A stretch of DNA of 64,000 nt from Thecamonas trahens ATCC 50062 (lineage: Eukaryota; Protista; Apusomonadida), in contig NW_013657672.1 of assembly GCF_000142905.1 (NCBI RefSeq), positions 451,826 to 515,825 on the forward strand, in the 5' to 3' direction. The position numbers and the translations under genes are program-made. The notes under the pieces are model-generated. The model had not been told where the DNA came from, did not search any database, and saw nothing but the letters and a program-made list of their open reading frames with translations. Positions 16,728-27,286 of the stretch are shown one piece after another (position 1 is the stretch's first letter; every line of letters starts with the position of its first letter).

Positions 16728-19643
16728 TTACCGTCCGCTGACCGAAGTACCGGCAACAAAGAGGCCAAGACCGGCTGATGGCGCCGCATCCGGCACGAGC
16801 GCGTGTTTTCCGGGCGGAGCGCCAGCGCTCGAGCCTGGCCCACGGGCTGGCCGCAGCCGCGACGATGCGAGCTGTGGCGGCCTGCGGCGCGAGGTCTTGA
16901 GGTATGAATTCTCGTTAAAACGGGCAACACGGGCCGGCGGTGCCTTGGCCGGCAGGGAAGGCGCCGGCTCGTTCTCCTTGGTCGCCGCAAGCAACGCAGC
17001 GAGCGAAGCAGTGCGGGCGGCGGTGGAAGCGGCGGCCGCTTCGGCCGCAGCGGCGGCTGCAGCTTGCATGGCGAGGTCAGAGCGGGGCCCCCGCTCCGGT
17101 GAGCCAGCCAGCGAGTTGGGCTTGAGCTCCATATCCGACGGGTGCGGCAGGTGCGGTGGGGACGCTGCGGCCCGCGCATCGGCTTCGGCGGCCTCCTTGA
17201 TGCGGGCGTGGAGCTCAGTCCGGGCCTCCGGCAGAAGGTTCCACGACAGCGGCATCGAGAGCGAGGTGGTAATCGAGGCTTCAAAGAGGGTGCGAACCCG
17301 CGAGACATGGACAATGGCATCACGGCGGCGCTTCTCCTTGACTCGCTTGCGCTCGAGCTCGGCCGCAATGGGAACGCCAGGTATTTTGGCAAGGATGTCG
17401 AAGAGCTCCTGGTCGTACACCATCGGCCTGCCCTCGCAATCGATTTCAGGCGGCGGGAGGCCGTCGGTCTCGCCGCTGTCGGACTCTTCCTTCGGCACCG
17501 GGGGCGGGCGGGAGCGGCGGACCGACATCGAGCCCTTGCTCAGCTTGGCAGCGAGCATCTCCTGCGCAGCCTTGGCCCGGCCAGAGAATCGGGCCTTGAT
17601 AGCGGCAGCCTTGAGTCGCTCGGCCTCGGCAGCCTCACGCTGGGCAAGCGCGTGCTCGCGGCGCTTAGCCGACGCCGACGTCTCCGAGTACAGCGTCGAG
17701 GTGTTGACAAAGTATGGAGCGTAGACGGCCATGGCGTCGTCGTCGGGCGTCGGATAAATGCGCTTGTAGCCACTGAGGACCGAGTCCTCGTACGCGGTCT
17801 GGGCCTCCCAGAACTCGGGACTCTGTCTTGCTGACGACGAGGCTTCACCGTCGGCACCCGCCGTAGCGGCCACAGGCCGCGAGCCTGGCGACGGCGTCGC
17901 TTCGGCAGCCGCCGCTGCCCCAGCGAGCTCGTCGGTTGGCGCGGTCGAGCCGGCGCGGTTTGGGGCCGTCAGCCGGTCCTGCACCGCGGCGCGGTGCGCC
18001 TTGTGAAAGCGCGACTTGGCCTTGGGGTCGAGGTTGAGGAGGGCGAGGGCCTCGGCGATGACGCCGCTCTTAACGTTGCGGTCGATTTCGGCGTCAGTGC
18101 CAAACGACGGCGAGTGGTTGACCTCGAGAATCCACGGCTTGAGGGCGGCGTCGATCATGATGTCAAAGCCAAGAATCTCAAAGCATTGGAAGGGGGTGGC
18201 GGTCGGTGCCGATGAGGTGAACACAGTGGCGTAGGTGTGGGCGAGCGTCGGCTGGGCAGTGATGAGGGTCTTGATGATGGCGTCCTCGATGGAAGCCCAG
18301 AGGGCCGGGACGTCGATACCGGCAGCAGCCCACTCGGCGTTCTGTACCTTGATGGAGCGCTTGGCGCCGTCGGAGCCATCGCCGGCGGAGAAATTGGTGT
18401 TCTTCTTGTTGACCGAGTAGTTGGTGAGGTGCTGAAAGGCCGAGCCGAGCGACTTGGACGTCGGCTGCGAGTACTTTTCGGTGCAGAGGCGGACAAGGCC
18501 GTCGTCGTAGATGAAGATACGTAGCGGGTCGGCCGAAGTGACGAGGACGTAGATGCGAAGGTCGAACTTGTAACCGTCGATGAGCAGCGGGTTGTTGACA
18601 TACACCTGCGCCACGTAGTGGTCAAAGGCGCCGATCTCGTCGCCAGTGTGGGTGAGGAAAATGCCCTTGCCCTGCGCCGAGTTCTCGGGCTTGCAGATGA
18701 GTGGCTTTGCAGAGCGCTTGCGAAAGTGGGCCTTAAAGTCGCCGTAGTCGGCTGGGAGGATCCAGGTCTTGGGGAAAAAGGTGAACGCGTCCGGAAACTT
18801 GCGCTGCATGCGGGTGAGGTTGCGGGCGAGTGAGTCCTTGCGACAGATCTCGTGCATGCCCGGGAAGTGATTAATCCGCTGGAACGGCTTCATGGTGGAA
18901 AGGATTTGCAGCGGCGCCGTAGAGTCGATCCAGTACACGTCCCACTCTCGGGCCGCGTTGGACTCTTGCACGTGCCATCCGAGCTCGGCCACGCACGCCC
19001 GGACCACCTCGTACTTGCACTGCTGCACACAGACGTTGACGGCCTTGGCCGACTTGCTCAGCCGGGTCCTCGTCCCGCGGTTGTTGGCGGCGACGGCATC
19101 GGCCCGGGACTTGAGCCGCCTGCTCTTGGACGAGCTCTGCAACCGTTTGGCCGACGTGTCCATCTTGGTCATCATGCCCGAGACCTCGGTCAGCAGCTTC
19201 TTTCCCTTGCCACTCCGTCGGCTCCCCGTCGTCGTCACCGCCGTCGACGCTGGCCCACCCCCGCGCCCACGCCCGCTCCCGCTCCCGCTGCCTCTGCCAC
19301 CTGTCCGACTCGACTTTGCCAAATTTTGAATGGCCGCCCGACGCGCGCCAGGCCGAGCCGAAGAGGCGGCATGGCGGACCGCGGCTGGGCTGGTGTGGCC
19401 AATGTCGGAGTCGTCAGACTCGTACTCGTACGAGTATGCGTATACCGAGACTAGGGTGGAGCCCTCATCAGACTCGGTGTACTCTTCGTACTCGGACGAG
19501 GTGTCTGTGCATGTGCTTGCGCTTGCGCTCGATTCGTCCGCCATGCTGGCGAACACTGGGCGTGGAGAGGTGGGCGAAAGTGAGTGTGGTTGGCTGCCAA
19601 TTGGCTCTCGCTGGAGGGGTGGGAGGGGGGAGGGGGGGCGCAT
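16728..19643 (-). CDS. TTLL6: Tubulin polyglutamylase, TTLL6/13-like
   Basis: WDVYWID, QRINHFPGMHEICRKDSLARNL, FFPKTWILP, KPENSAQGKGI, KFDLRIYVLVTS, HLTNYSVNK, CFEILGFDIM, LEVNHSPSF. Alternative ATG at 19544. Confidence 0.9.
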   Translation of the reverse strand: MRPPSPLPPLQREPIGSQPHSLSPTSPRPVFASMADESSASASTCTDTSSEYEEYTESDEGSTLVSVYAYSYEYESDDSDIGHTSPAAVRHAASSARPGARRAAIQNLAKSSRTGGRGSGSGSGRGRGGGPASTAVTTTGSRRSGKGKKLLTEVSGMMTKMDTSAKRLQSSSKSRRLKSRADAVAANNRGTRTRLSKSAKAVNVCVQQCKYEVVRACVAELGWHVQESNAAREWDVYWIDSTAPLQILSTMKPFQRINHFPGMHEICRKDSLARNLTRMQRKFPDAFTFFPKTWILPADYGDFKAHFRKRSAKPLICKPENSAQGKGIFLTHTGDEIGAFDHYVAQVYVNNPLLIDGYKFDLRIYVLVTSADPLRIFIYDDGLVRLCTEKYSQPTSKSLGSAFQHLTNYSVNKKNTNFSAGDGSDGAKRSIKVQNAEWAAAGIDVPALWASIEDAIIKTLITAQPTLAHTYATVFTSSAPTATPFQCFEILGFDIMIDAALKPWILEVNHSPSFGTDAEIDRNVKSGVIAEALALLNLDPKAKSRFHKAHRAAVQDRLTAPNRAGSTAPTDELAGAAAAAEATPSPGSRPVAATAGADGEASSSARQSPEFWEAQTAYEDSVLSGYKRIYPTPDDDAMAVYAPYFVNTSTLYSETSASAKRREHALAQREAAEAERLKAAAIKARFSGRAKAAQEMLAAKLSKGSMSVRRSRPPPVPKEESDSGETDGLPPPEIDCEGRPMVYDQELFDILAKIPGVPIAAELERKRVKEKRRRDAIVHVSRVRTLFEASITTSLSMPLSWNLLPEARTELHARIKEAAEADARAAASPPHLPHPSDMELKPNSLAGSPERGPRSDLAMQAAAAAAAEAAAASTAARTASLAALLAATKENEPAPSLPAKAPPARVARFNENSYLKTSRRRPPQLASSRLRPARGPGSSAGAPPGKHALVPDAAPSAGLGLFVAGTSVSGR

Positions 19644-19649
19644 GGAGCG

Positions 19650-19785
19650 ACATCATCAGCAACGACATCATCAGCAAGCACAACACAAACGACATCATCA
19701 GCAAGCACAACACAAACAAAAGCATGAGTTCAATCGTGGTCGTCAATCATGGTCGTCAATCGTGGTCGTCAATCGTGGTCGTCGT
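19650..19785. repeat. Short intergenic tandem repeats (ACGACATCATCAGCAAGCACAACACAA x2; GTCAATCGTGGTC x4)
   Basis: Directly visible upstream of the TTLL start. Confidence 0.8.
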
Positions 19786-20053
19786 CGACGATGGCGGCAA
19801 AGGGCTAAGGGCTCCGGGGCTGCCCCCCCTTACAACTCCCCTCCCCTCCCCTCCCCTCCCCCTCCCCCTCCTCCCCTCAGCCCTCCTAATCATCCTTACA
19901 TTTGCACTTCATTGCTCGTCCGTCTCTCGTCCTCATCAGCCACGACACAGTCAATCACCTCTAACGCAGAGGAATCGCAGCTACCGTCACGCGTCGCGTC
20001 ACACTCCCCGCCCCATCGCTTGCCTGCAAGCCCCAGCCCACAGCCCGATCCTC

Positions 20054-20536
20054 TCAGTGGCCGATAAAGTAGTCGATGGCGGTGGAAAAGGCGGCAAAGC
20101 CAGCGCACGAGGCGGTGGCGGCGGCCGGGCCAGCGCGGATGGCAATGACAAAGCCCGAGATGCAGCCAGCGATAGGCGCGTTGGCCAGCCGATGGGCGCC
20201 GTAGTACTTTTCAACGTAGCACTCGGTGCCGGTATAGATGGCGCCGATGAGGCCAAAGCCCTTGGCCATCCGCCATGAATGCTGTCCGGCGTGCTTGAGC
20301 GTTCGCTTGAAGAACTCCTTCTTGCTCTCGCCGGCCACCGCCGTCACCTCGTTGTTGATCGAGCCGGTGATAAGGCCAAATACCGCTCCGAGCCCCATGC
20401 CTGCCACACCAGACAGTGGCGCCTTGACGTAGCACGCCTGCATCACGTCCTGTGCCTGCATCTGAGAGACGCCGCCGCCCTCAGCTCCGTCGCCGGCTCC
20501 GCCGCCGCTCACCCCAAACCCGCCGTCGCTCGCCAT
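20054..20536 (-). CDS. TIM22: Mitochondrial inner-membrane translocase TIM22
   Basis: Tim17/22/23 family pattern: conserved Cys in MQACYVK, G.GLGAVFG, AKGFGLIGAIYTGTECYVE, RAGPAAA..CAGFAAFSTAIDY. ATG at 20536. Confidence 0.92.
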   Translation of the reverse strand: MASDGGFGVSGGGAGDGAEGGGVSQMQAQDVMQACYVKAPLSGVAGMGLGAVFGLITGSINNEVTAVAGESKKEFFKRTLKHAGQHSWRMAKGFGLIGAIYTGTECYVEKYYGAHRLANAPIAGCISGFVIAIRAGPAAATASCAGFAAFSTAIDYFIGH

Positions 20537-20800
20537 GCTTCCCACGCACGCGCTGCCGTCTGTACGCGCCCTGCTGCTCTGCGCTGCGCCTCTTTATGCG
20601 ACCGGTGCCCTCGCTCCGTCCGCGTAAAGTGTGTCCGGCGAACTGTCTTCTCCCCGGAGCCTCCCGCGTCGCGTCGCCGCGGCATTCGCGGGATGGCAGT
20701 CGCGATCCTTGCGAACTCTCACGACGGACCGTTGCGCACTCGCAGGCAAGGACCATCGCAAGCGTACAAGCCATGTGGGAATCGCATTCTGGCTACACCT

Positions 20801-23800
20801 TTACGTCTCAATGATGCCCACGGCACTCCGCCGTCGCCCGCTGTCGGAATCGACCGAGCCCATCGAGACCGAGGCCACTGGTGACGCACCCGAGACCGAG
20901 GCGCGGAACTGGCTGCCCGAGCTCTTGCGCGAGAGGCCGCTGGAGCGGCCGGAGCTGTTGCCTGTGGTTCGCCCAGGCGTGGTGCCCGGCGACCGACCGG
21001 GTGACGGAATTGGAGCGAGCGTCGAGCCCGATGAAGCAGCCATGAGCGCCTGCTGCGCAAGCTCGACCGACGCCAGAGACGATCGCCGGCGGCGGACCAG
21101 CGGCTCTGCCGACGTCCTACTCGACGATCGCCTGGCGCCCGTTGTTGACCCCGTCCGCTGCCGGTGGGTGCTTGGCGTTCCAGCCCTCGATCGCGCCGTT
21201 GACTTGGGCGTGCCTGAAATCGACGACTTGCGCCGCGGCGTGTTCTCGACAGACGCCAGCGAGCGCCGCCGCTTGGTCTCCGTCGGATCCTCAAGGACTG
21301 CACCGAGCAGAGTGGTGCCGTCCAGGTTGTTGCTGGCGTGCATGACCGGGTGATCCGTCGGCACAAGCGTGCCTTCGCCCGAGACCGACAATCGGCGAGG
21401 CGTGTACGAGATCGAGCCGCGCTGCCCGGTTGTCCGTGGCGTGCGGTGGGTGTAGGACGAGCCACCGACGCCTCGCGGAGTCACCTGCGGCGACAGCCTG
21501 TGCGGCGTTGTAACCCTTGGCGATCTCGAATGCAAGTCACCGGTGAGCGACCCGTCCTGAGAGTGGGCCAACATGTTGGCCAAGCCATCCGGGCCCTGCG
21601 TCATCGCCAACAGGATATTTTGTTGCAAGGCAGACGTAAACAGCGCTTGCGTGTCCGTGGTGGGTGGTGCCGACGTCTCCCACATGCCAGCGCCGTTGTT
21701 AGGCGCCATTACTGCCGGCGCCATCCGTCCATGCGCGTCCTTGCGGAAGACTCGCATGTCACTCGCCGCCGAGCTGCCCGCAAATTTGGAGAACGACTCG
21801 ATGACACTGACAAGCCGTCCGTTGCGCGACCGCATCTTGGCCAACGCTTTCTTGTGCTCGCGCGCCTGGCCCTTCAGCTGCCGCTTGAGGCTTTTGATTT
21901 CGTGCCGCTGCCGCCCGATGACCAGGTTGAGCGACTCGATAGCAGCGGCGGCGGCCTGCGCCATGAGGTCCTTTTGCTGGGTGGATCGTGAGCGGACCCG
22001 TTGCCGCGTCGCCACCCGCGAGCCTGCCCGCGACGGCACTTGCTCGCTGCCAGACTGCGCATCATTGTCCAGTGCACCGGCGGACCGATTGCATACAGAC
22101 TCACGCCGGAGCTCACGATCCGACACCCGCTGCTCCTCGCCAAAGTCAACCGCCGAGACCGAGCACCGGCGAGAGGGCATGGTGCGCAAAGGCACACCGC
22201 GCTGTGGTGGTGGTGAGACGCTTGGTGGCGACGACGACCGCGAAGGTGCGCGTGAGCCCACCCGCGAGCCCACCCGCGAGCTCGCACGAGACACGCTCCG
22301 CGATCGCCCGCCGCGCGAGCCGACAGCCGATCCGTCATCGGACGCAGCAGGCTCCGCCACACGTGGCACTTCGGCGACAACAAGCTTGGCCGGGTCGATC
22401 GAGCTGAGAAACTTGGACGAGCCGTGGCGCAGCTTGTGCTCCAGGGCCGTGCCGCGGATTGAATCCTTTCGGCCGCGTGACAGCGGCGTGTTGCCGCTGC
22501 TGGCCACGCCGACGCCTGAGCCGGCCGACGTTTGGCCTGGCGAGCTCGAGGCGAGCACCAAATGGCCGGACTCGTTGGTGACCGGCGTCGGCGAGGCTTC
22601 GGACGAGGTTAGCTTGCTCGCCCTGTGTGGGCGCGACTCGAGCGGTCGCCGCAACCGGCGCCCGCTGGTTGTTTCGTTCTGGAGCTTGCTGGCGAGCGCC
22701 GCTGCCGAAATGGCTGCGCGAATATCAAACGACGACGACGTTGAGGTGACCGACGAGTCCGAGTCGGAGCCTGACGCCTCACCGTCGCCCGAGCCTGACG
22801 ACATGACCGAGTGCGAATGCGAGCGGCGGTAGGCGTCGAAAATCGAGCCTGTCGACCCGCCAGCCGACGACATGCCCTGATGGTGGGAGCCGGGTGCGAG
22901 CGTGTGTGCGCTGGTACCAGCAGTCTCGACGGCGCCGGCAGCCGCGCCGGCAGGGGAAAAAACCTGCGAGGCGCCCGAGTTCATGGCGTTGAGCTCGCGC
23001 ATGCGCTCCTCGGCCGTTTTCATGATGTCGAGGTCAAAGATGGTGAGGCCGTGGAGGGCAAGCACGTCGACAAAGTCGCGCTTGGAGAGCACGTCGAGCT
23101 CGCAAAAGGTGGCGGCCCGGACCGACGCCGAGCGGCGCGCATCCTCAGACATGAGCGCAATCTCGCCAAAGTACTGGCCCTCGTACAGCGTGACGTACAC
23201 AATGTCCTGCTCCTTGTTGCACACCTCGACGCGGCCCTTGGAGAGAATGTACATCTCCTCGCCAATGTCGCCTTCGGTGATGATGTAATCGCCCTCGTCG
23301 GCAAACTGCGGCTTGAGCCGCAGAATGATGTCGGTGACAAACTCGGGCGAGGTGCCCTTGAACACCGGGTTGTTCTTGAGGATCTCTTGCGAGAGAAAGG
23401 TGGCAACCTGTGCCCGCAGCGCGCTCGACAACTCATCCATCAGCTGTTTTCCGTCGGACGCCGCCTTTTGGCGCGTCCATGAGAACACAAAGTGCTCGCG
23501 GATAGCAATGCGGATGTCATTGGGGAAGCCCCAGTACGCGAGGTACTTGTTGACCTCATCCATTCGCTCTTGCGCCGCGTCGCGCGAGATGCGGATGACC
23601 AGGTACGTGATCGAGCCGATGACGTACGAAAAGACGCAGAGCGAGAGTGTGAGCACAACTAGGGCGTAGGCTCGCTCCAGCAGATTCTGCGGCACAATGT
23701 CGCCGTAGCCGACGGTGGAGACTGTGAGCGTCGCCCAGTAGAACGAGGTGATGTACTTGGCCGCCACTGGGCCCTCGTCGATGCCGATCTCCTCCACCCA

Positions 23801-25366
23801 CGTGTGCCGCCACCCTTCCTGCAACGACGAGATGAGGAAGAAGCCGCAGGCAATAAAGTGGCAGTAAAGAAGGACAAAGGTAGTGACAAAGAGAATGCGC
23901 AGCAGCGATCCGTTGGCCGAGGCCTTCCACTTGCGGAACTTGCGCGTCGACCGCACATACTGGATGAGCCGCAAAAGTCGGTGCATCCGCAACAGCCGGA
24001 GAATCTTGGGTAGCCGCGCCACATTGCGGTCGGTTCCGGGCCAGATGAGGCGGACAACGTGGTCAAAGGGGAAGACGGCCAGGAGATTGATCCAGAACGG
24101 GCCCTTGAGCTGGACCTTGGCAATCTCATGCGGCTCAGTCACCCACTCGCCTTTGACCTGGACAGCGGTACGAAAGGCAAGAATAAGGTCGAGGACAAAC
24201 ATTGCGTCCATGGCGTACTCAAACCAGAGCACTACGCCCGTCGCCTGCGAGTCAAACGAGACCCGGAACGGAATCATGAGTGCAGAGTAGACGAGCGAAC
24301 AAATGATTACAAAGTCAAAAGCCCGCCGTGCCGTCTGATTCGGATGAAGGACCCACTTGGATTTGGACTGCCAACCGGTGTCCTGCCCGTCGATTGACGA
24401 CTGCTCGTCGTCCGAGTCGAGGCATGACCCCGCCGCGCTGGAGGCCTCGGGCATCTCCAGAGCCGACGACGGCTCAATGCCCTCGACCGACTCGCTCTTG
24501 GCCAACATGCCGTCGGTGGCAGTCGGAAGTCGCTTCAGCTCAGATTTGTGACGCAGAACAGACTCGATGGCGAGCTTGGCAGCCGATGCTTCAGGTGAGA
24601 CTTGGTTCTCTGCCATCCGCGGCGATGCTGCTGCTGACGGTCCAGTCACCGTCATGGGCGGCGGCAAGAGCAAACCGGCGCTCGACATGACCGACGCCGG
24701 ATTCGACTCGACGTCGTCCAACGCAACTCCCTCGACAATGGTGGGATGGCTCTCCACAATCGACCGCCCACCGCGACGGCGCGACTGCGACCGCGACCGT
24801 GACTGCGATCGCGAACGCGGCGGTGAAGCCTTGGCCGGGAGTCGGTATGTTGAGAGGACCGACGCCACCGAGTCATTGCCGGTGGACGCTGCTGCCGACG
24901 CCGAAGCGATGTCCGGCGCAGGGACTGCCTCTCCACGTGGCGGCTTGGCACTCGAGCTCGACGACGAGGTGCCAATGGACGAGAGCAGTGACGAGCTCGA
25001 CGACGAGCTCAACAGCGAGGAGCTCGACGACGAGTCTGGCGAGACCGAATCGGACGCGGTTGACGAGCTCGAGCTCGACCGCGACGAGCCGGTCCGGGTA
25101 ACCGAGATGGCGATGGGAGAGCGCGGCGAGGCATCGCCTTCGCCTCCGGCGGCGTTACGAGCTGTGAGCGAGGTCGACGACAGCCTCAGTGGCGGCATCG
25201 ATGGCTGCGACGACAGCGGTGAGATGGTGTCCACGACCGAGGGTGCGCCCTGCGACGTTCGCGATGCTCTGCTCCCTGTCGTCGGCCTGCGGTCCCTAGA
25301 GTCACGGCTACTCACAGATTCTGCACCGCCTTCCTGTCGAGGCGCCACCTTGTTGTGACTGGGCAT
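20801..25366 (-). CDS. Cyclic-nucleotide-binding-domain voltage-gated K+ channel (KCNH/HCN/plant Shaker superfamily) with long disordered termini
   Basis: S4 RLPKILRLLRMHRLLR; pore YWATLTVSTVGYGDIVP; C-linker; CNBD GQYFGEIALM..RRSASVRA. First plausible ATG is 25366; upstream is a G-rich repeat. Confidence 0.88.
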   Translation of the reverse strand: MPSHNKVAPRQEGGAESVSSRDSRDRRPTTGSRASRTSQGAPSVVDTISPLSSQPSMPPLRLSSTSLTARNAAGGEGDASPRSPIAISVTRTGSSRSSSSSSTASDSVSPDSSSSSSLLSSSSSSSLLSSIGTSSSSSSAKPPRGEAVPAPDIASASAAASTGNDSVASVLSTYRLPAKASPPRSRSQSRSRSQSRRRGGRSIVESHPTIVEGVALDDVESNPASVMSSAGLLLPPPMTVTGPSAAASPRMAENQVSPEASAAKLAIESVLRHKSELKRLPTATDGMLAKSESVEGIEPSSALEMPEASSAAGSCLDSDDEQSSIDGQDTGWQSKSKWVLHPNQTARRAFDFVIICSLVYSALMIPFRVSFDSQATGVVLWFEYAMDAMFVLDLILAFRTAVQVKGEWVTEPHEIAKVQLKGPFWINLLAVFPFDHVVRLIWPGTDRNVARLPKILRLLRMHRLLRLIQYVRSTRKFRKWKASANGSLLRILFVTTFVLLYCHFIACGFFLISSLQEGWRHTWVEEIGIDEGPVAAKYITSFYWATLTVSTVGYGDIVPQNLLERAYALVVLTLSLCVFSYVIGSITYLVIRISRDAAQERMDEVNKYLAYWGFPNDIRIAIREHFVFSWTRQKAASDGKQLMDELSSALRAQVATFLSQEILKNNPVFKGTSPEFVTDIILRLKPQFADEGDYIITEGDIGEEMYILSKGRVEVCNKEQDIVYVTLYEGQYFGEIALMSEDARRSASVRAATFCELDVLSKRDFVDVLALHGLTIFDLDIMKTAEERMRELNAMNSGASQVFSPAGAAAGAVETAGTSAHTLAPGSHHQGMSSAGGSTGSIFDAYRRSHSHSVMSSGSGDGEASGSDSDSSVTSTSSSFDIRAAISAAALASKLQNETTSGRRLRRPLESRPHRASKLTSSEASPTPVTNESGHLVLASSSPGQTSAGSGVGVASSGNTPLSRGRKDSIRGTALEHKLRHGSSKFLSSIDPAKLVVAEVPRVAEPAASDDGSAVGSRGGRSRSVSRASSRVGSRVGSRAPSRSSSPPSVSPPPQRGVPLRTMPSRRCSVSAVDFGEEQRVSDRELRRESVCNRSAGALDNDAQSGSEQVPSRAGSRVATRQRVRSRSTQQKDLMAQAAAAAIESLNLVIGRQRHEIKSLKRQLKGQAREHKKALAKMRSRNGRLVSVIESFSKFAGSSAASDMRVFRKDAHGRMAPAVMAPNNGAGMWETSAPPTTDTQALFTSALQQNILLAMTQGPDGLANMLAHSQDGSLTGDLHSRSPRVTTPHRLSPQVTPRGVGGSSYTHRTPRTTGQRGSISYTPRRLSVSGEGTLVPTDHPVMHASNNLDGTTLLGAVLEDPTETKRRRSLASVENTPRRKSSISGTPKSTARSRAGTPSTHRQRTGSTTGARRSSSRTSAEPLVRRRRSSLASVELAQQALMAASSGSTLAPIPSPGRSPGTTPGRTTGNSSGRSSGLSRKSSGSQFRASVSGASPVASVSMGSVDSDSGRRRSAVGIIET

Positions 25367-25449
25367 AGTTTGAAGGGGGCCACGCGCACGGACAGTTCGT
25401 GTCGCCGTTGCCTTCTGTGTGTGTGCTTGTCGAGCGGGAGGCAAGCAAG

Positions 25450-25592
25450 TGTGGGTTGGGTGGGTGGTGGGTTGGGGTGGGTGGTGGCGTGGGTGGTGGA
25501 GGTGGGTGGTGGGTGGTGGGTGGTGGGTGATGGGTGGGTGATGGGTGGGTGGGTGGTGGGTGGTGGTGGGTGGTGGGTGGTGGGTGGTGGTA
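25450..25592. repeat. G-rich low-complexity (GGT/GGGT)n tract
   Basis: Directly visible upstream of the channel ATG. Confidence 0.85.
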
Positions 25593-25768
25593 GGGAGAGG
25601 GAAGTGACGTGAGTGTGGTGGAGTTGATCGGGATCGTGATCCATGGGCCGCTGGCCGGATGCAGGTGGCGGGACGTGGCGGCGTGGGCAGGAAACAGGAG
25701 AGAGAGAGAGAGATTGGTATCGGTCGGTTGACAGGCGATCTAGATTGACGTCTGGAGGACAAGGGGAA

Positions 25769-27259
25769 TCACGACGAGGACTCGGACGAAGAGACCGAGC
25801 TGGCGTCGGCAACAACGTCAGGCTTGGAGGCGAGGCTCGGATCGAGGACCTGCTCGATGGCTGCGATGTAGTTGCCCATGCGGTGGTCGTCAATCATCGA
25901 GTCGGCGAGGTCGATGGAGGAAAAGTTCGAGACGGCCGACTTGCCGACCTTGCGCACAAAGTAGGGGACGAGGGCAGAAGGATCGCGCTCGGCGAGGGTA
26001 TCGTCACGGATGAGATGGTAAATGTAACCCGGTGGGTAGAGCGGAGTGAGGCCGGACTGCTTGATGAGCTTGGCAGCGTTTGGCCGCTTCTTGGGCAACT
26101 TGACATGGACGGCCTTGGCTTCGCGGCGCGGCTTGTCACCGCGGACGGCGGCGATGACCGAGGTGAAGTTCTTGCCGAGCTCACGACGGGCCTCGCGGGC
26201 GTGGGCGGCGAGCAAGTCCTTCCACGGAAAGGCCTTGAGCTCGAGGGCGAGGCACTCGAGGTGGGCAGAGGAGAATCGCGGGACAACGTCCTCGTTGAGG
26301 ATGAACGAGGTCACATACTTGGTGGTGCTCTTGGCGAGCTTGGCCGAGAAGCCGGCTGCGGGCGCAAAGACTACGGCAGAGACCTGCTTGCCGAGCGATG
26401 GGCGAAGGTCGAGGGCAATCATGGCCGCAGTCGCGCCGCCGAGCGAGTGGCCGGTCACCTTGAGCATGTAGCCCGGGTTGCGGTCGAGGAGCTTCAGGAT
26501 GGTCTTCTTGCGCTTGCGAAGGAACCACTGGGTCGACTGGTAGAAGCCCTCGTGGACCTCACCGCCGTACGCGTTGACAGCTGCGGCCGAGATGTCGGTG
26601 AGCACATCGTTGAGGTTGTTTGTCCCGCGCATGACCACCAGAATCTCCTTGCGGTTGGGATCGTTGACGATCATGTAGCCCGGGGCGTTGACGTGCGACT
26701 CGCGCGACCACTCGACCACATTGTCCATGGTCAGATCCGGGGTCTCTGACAGGTGCTCCTCCAGCCGGAGCTCAAGATCGGCTTCGTCGGCACAGTAAAC
26801 AGCAAAGGCGAGGTGAGCGTAGTGCAGCGCGTCGGCTGCAACCTTTCGGGTCTTGCGCCCGGCGCGCTTGAACTTGCGCCGCGGGCGGGTCGCGCGGTGG
26901 TGCTTCTTGAGATAGTACATGCCGGCGATCAGCTCCGAGAGCGAGAGCGAGAGCTTGGCCTGCTTGGCCGAGTTTACCATCTGCCTCGCGAGCAGCTTCC
27001 GCCGTGCGCCCTTGGTCATCACTCCAACCAGCCGCTGGCCAGGCTCGGTTGCGCCGTTGCTTCCGGCAACATCGACGTCGCCGTCTGAGCTAGCGCCGAG
27101 GCCCGAGTCCGCGTACGAGTCCGAGCACGAGGCAGAGTAGGAGGCAGAGCGAGTGTGCGTGGACGAGGAGGAAGAAGACGACGAGAAGAACATGTCGAAG
27201 AAAGTAGGAAGGGCGGTGGCGAGGGGTCGGCCAGCTGGCGGGAGACGTGTGGTGCTCAT
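25769..27259 (-). CDS. Class 3 lipase (DAG-lipase-like alpha/beta hydrolase)
   Basis: ILVVMRGTNNLNDVLTD, VHEGF, VTGHSLGG (GxSxG), DVVPR, LYPPG, MIDDH. Start at 27259 or 27193. Confidence 0.88.
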   Translation of the reverse strand: MSTTRLPPAGRPLATALPTFFDMFFSSSSSSSSTHTRSASYSASCSDSYADSGLGASSDGDVDVAGSNGATEPGQRLVGVMTKGARRKLLARQMVNSAKQAKLSLSLSELIAGMYYLKKHHRATRPRRKFKRAGRKTRKVAADALHYAHLAFAVYCADEADLELRLEEHLSETPDLTMDNVVEWSRESHVNAPGYMIVNDPNRKEILVVMRGTNNLNDVLTDISAAAVNAYGGEVHEGFYQSTQWFLRKRKKTILKLLDRNPGYMLKVTGHSLGGATAAMIALDLRPSLGKQVSAVVFAPAAGFSAKLAKSTTKYVTSFILNEDVVPRFSSAHLECLALELKAFPWKDLLAAHAREARRELGKNFTSVIAAVRGDKPRREAKAVHVKLPKKRPNAAKLIKQSGLTPLYPPGYIYHLIRDDTLAERDPSALVPYFVRKVGKSAVSNFSSIDLADSMIDDHRMGNYIAAIEQVLDPSLASKPDVVADASSVSSSESSS

Positions 27260-27286
27260 GTTGCGCAATTTTTGCAAGAGTGTGGT

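Noticed and set aside
25367-25762. His/Pro/Thr-rich N-terminus of the 1653-aa channel ORF
   Set aside because: Translation of a non-coding G-rich repeat tract; coding bias begins at ATG 25366.
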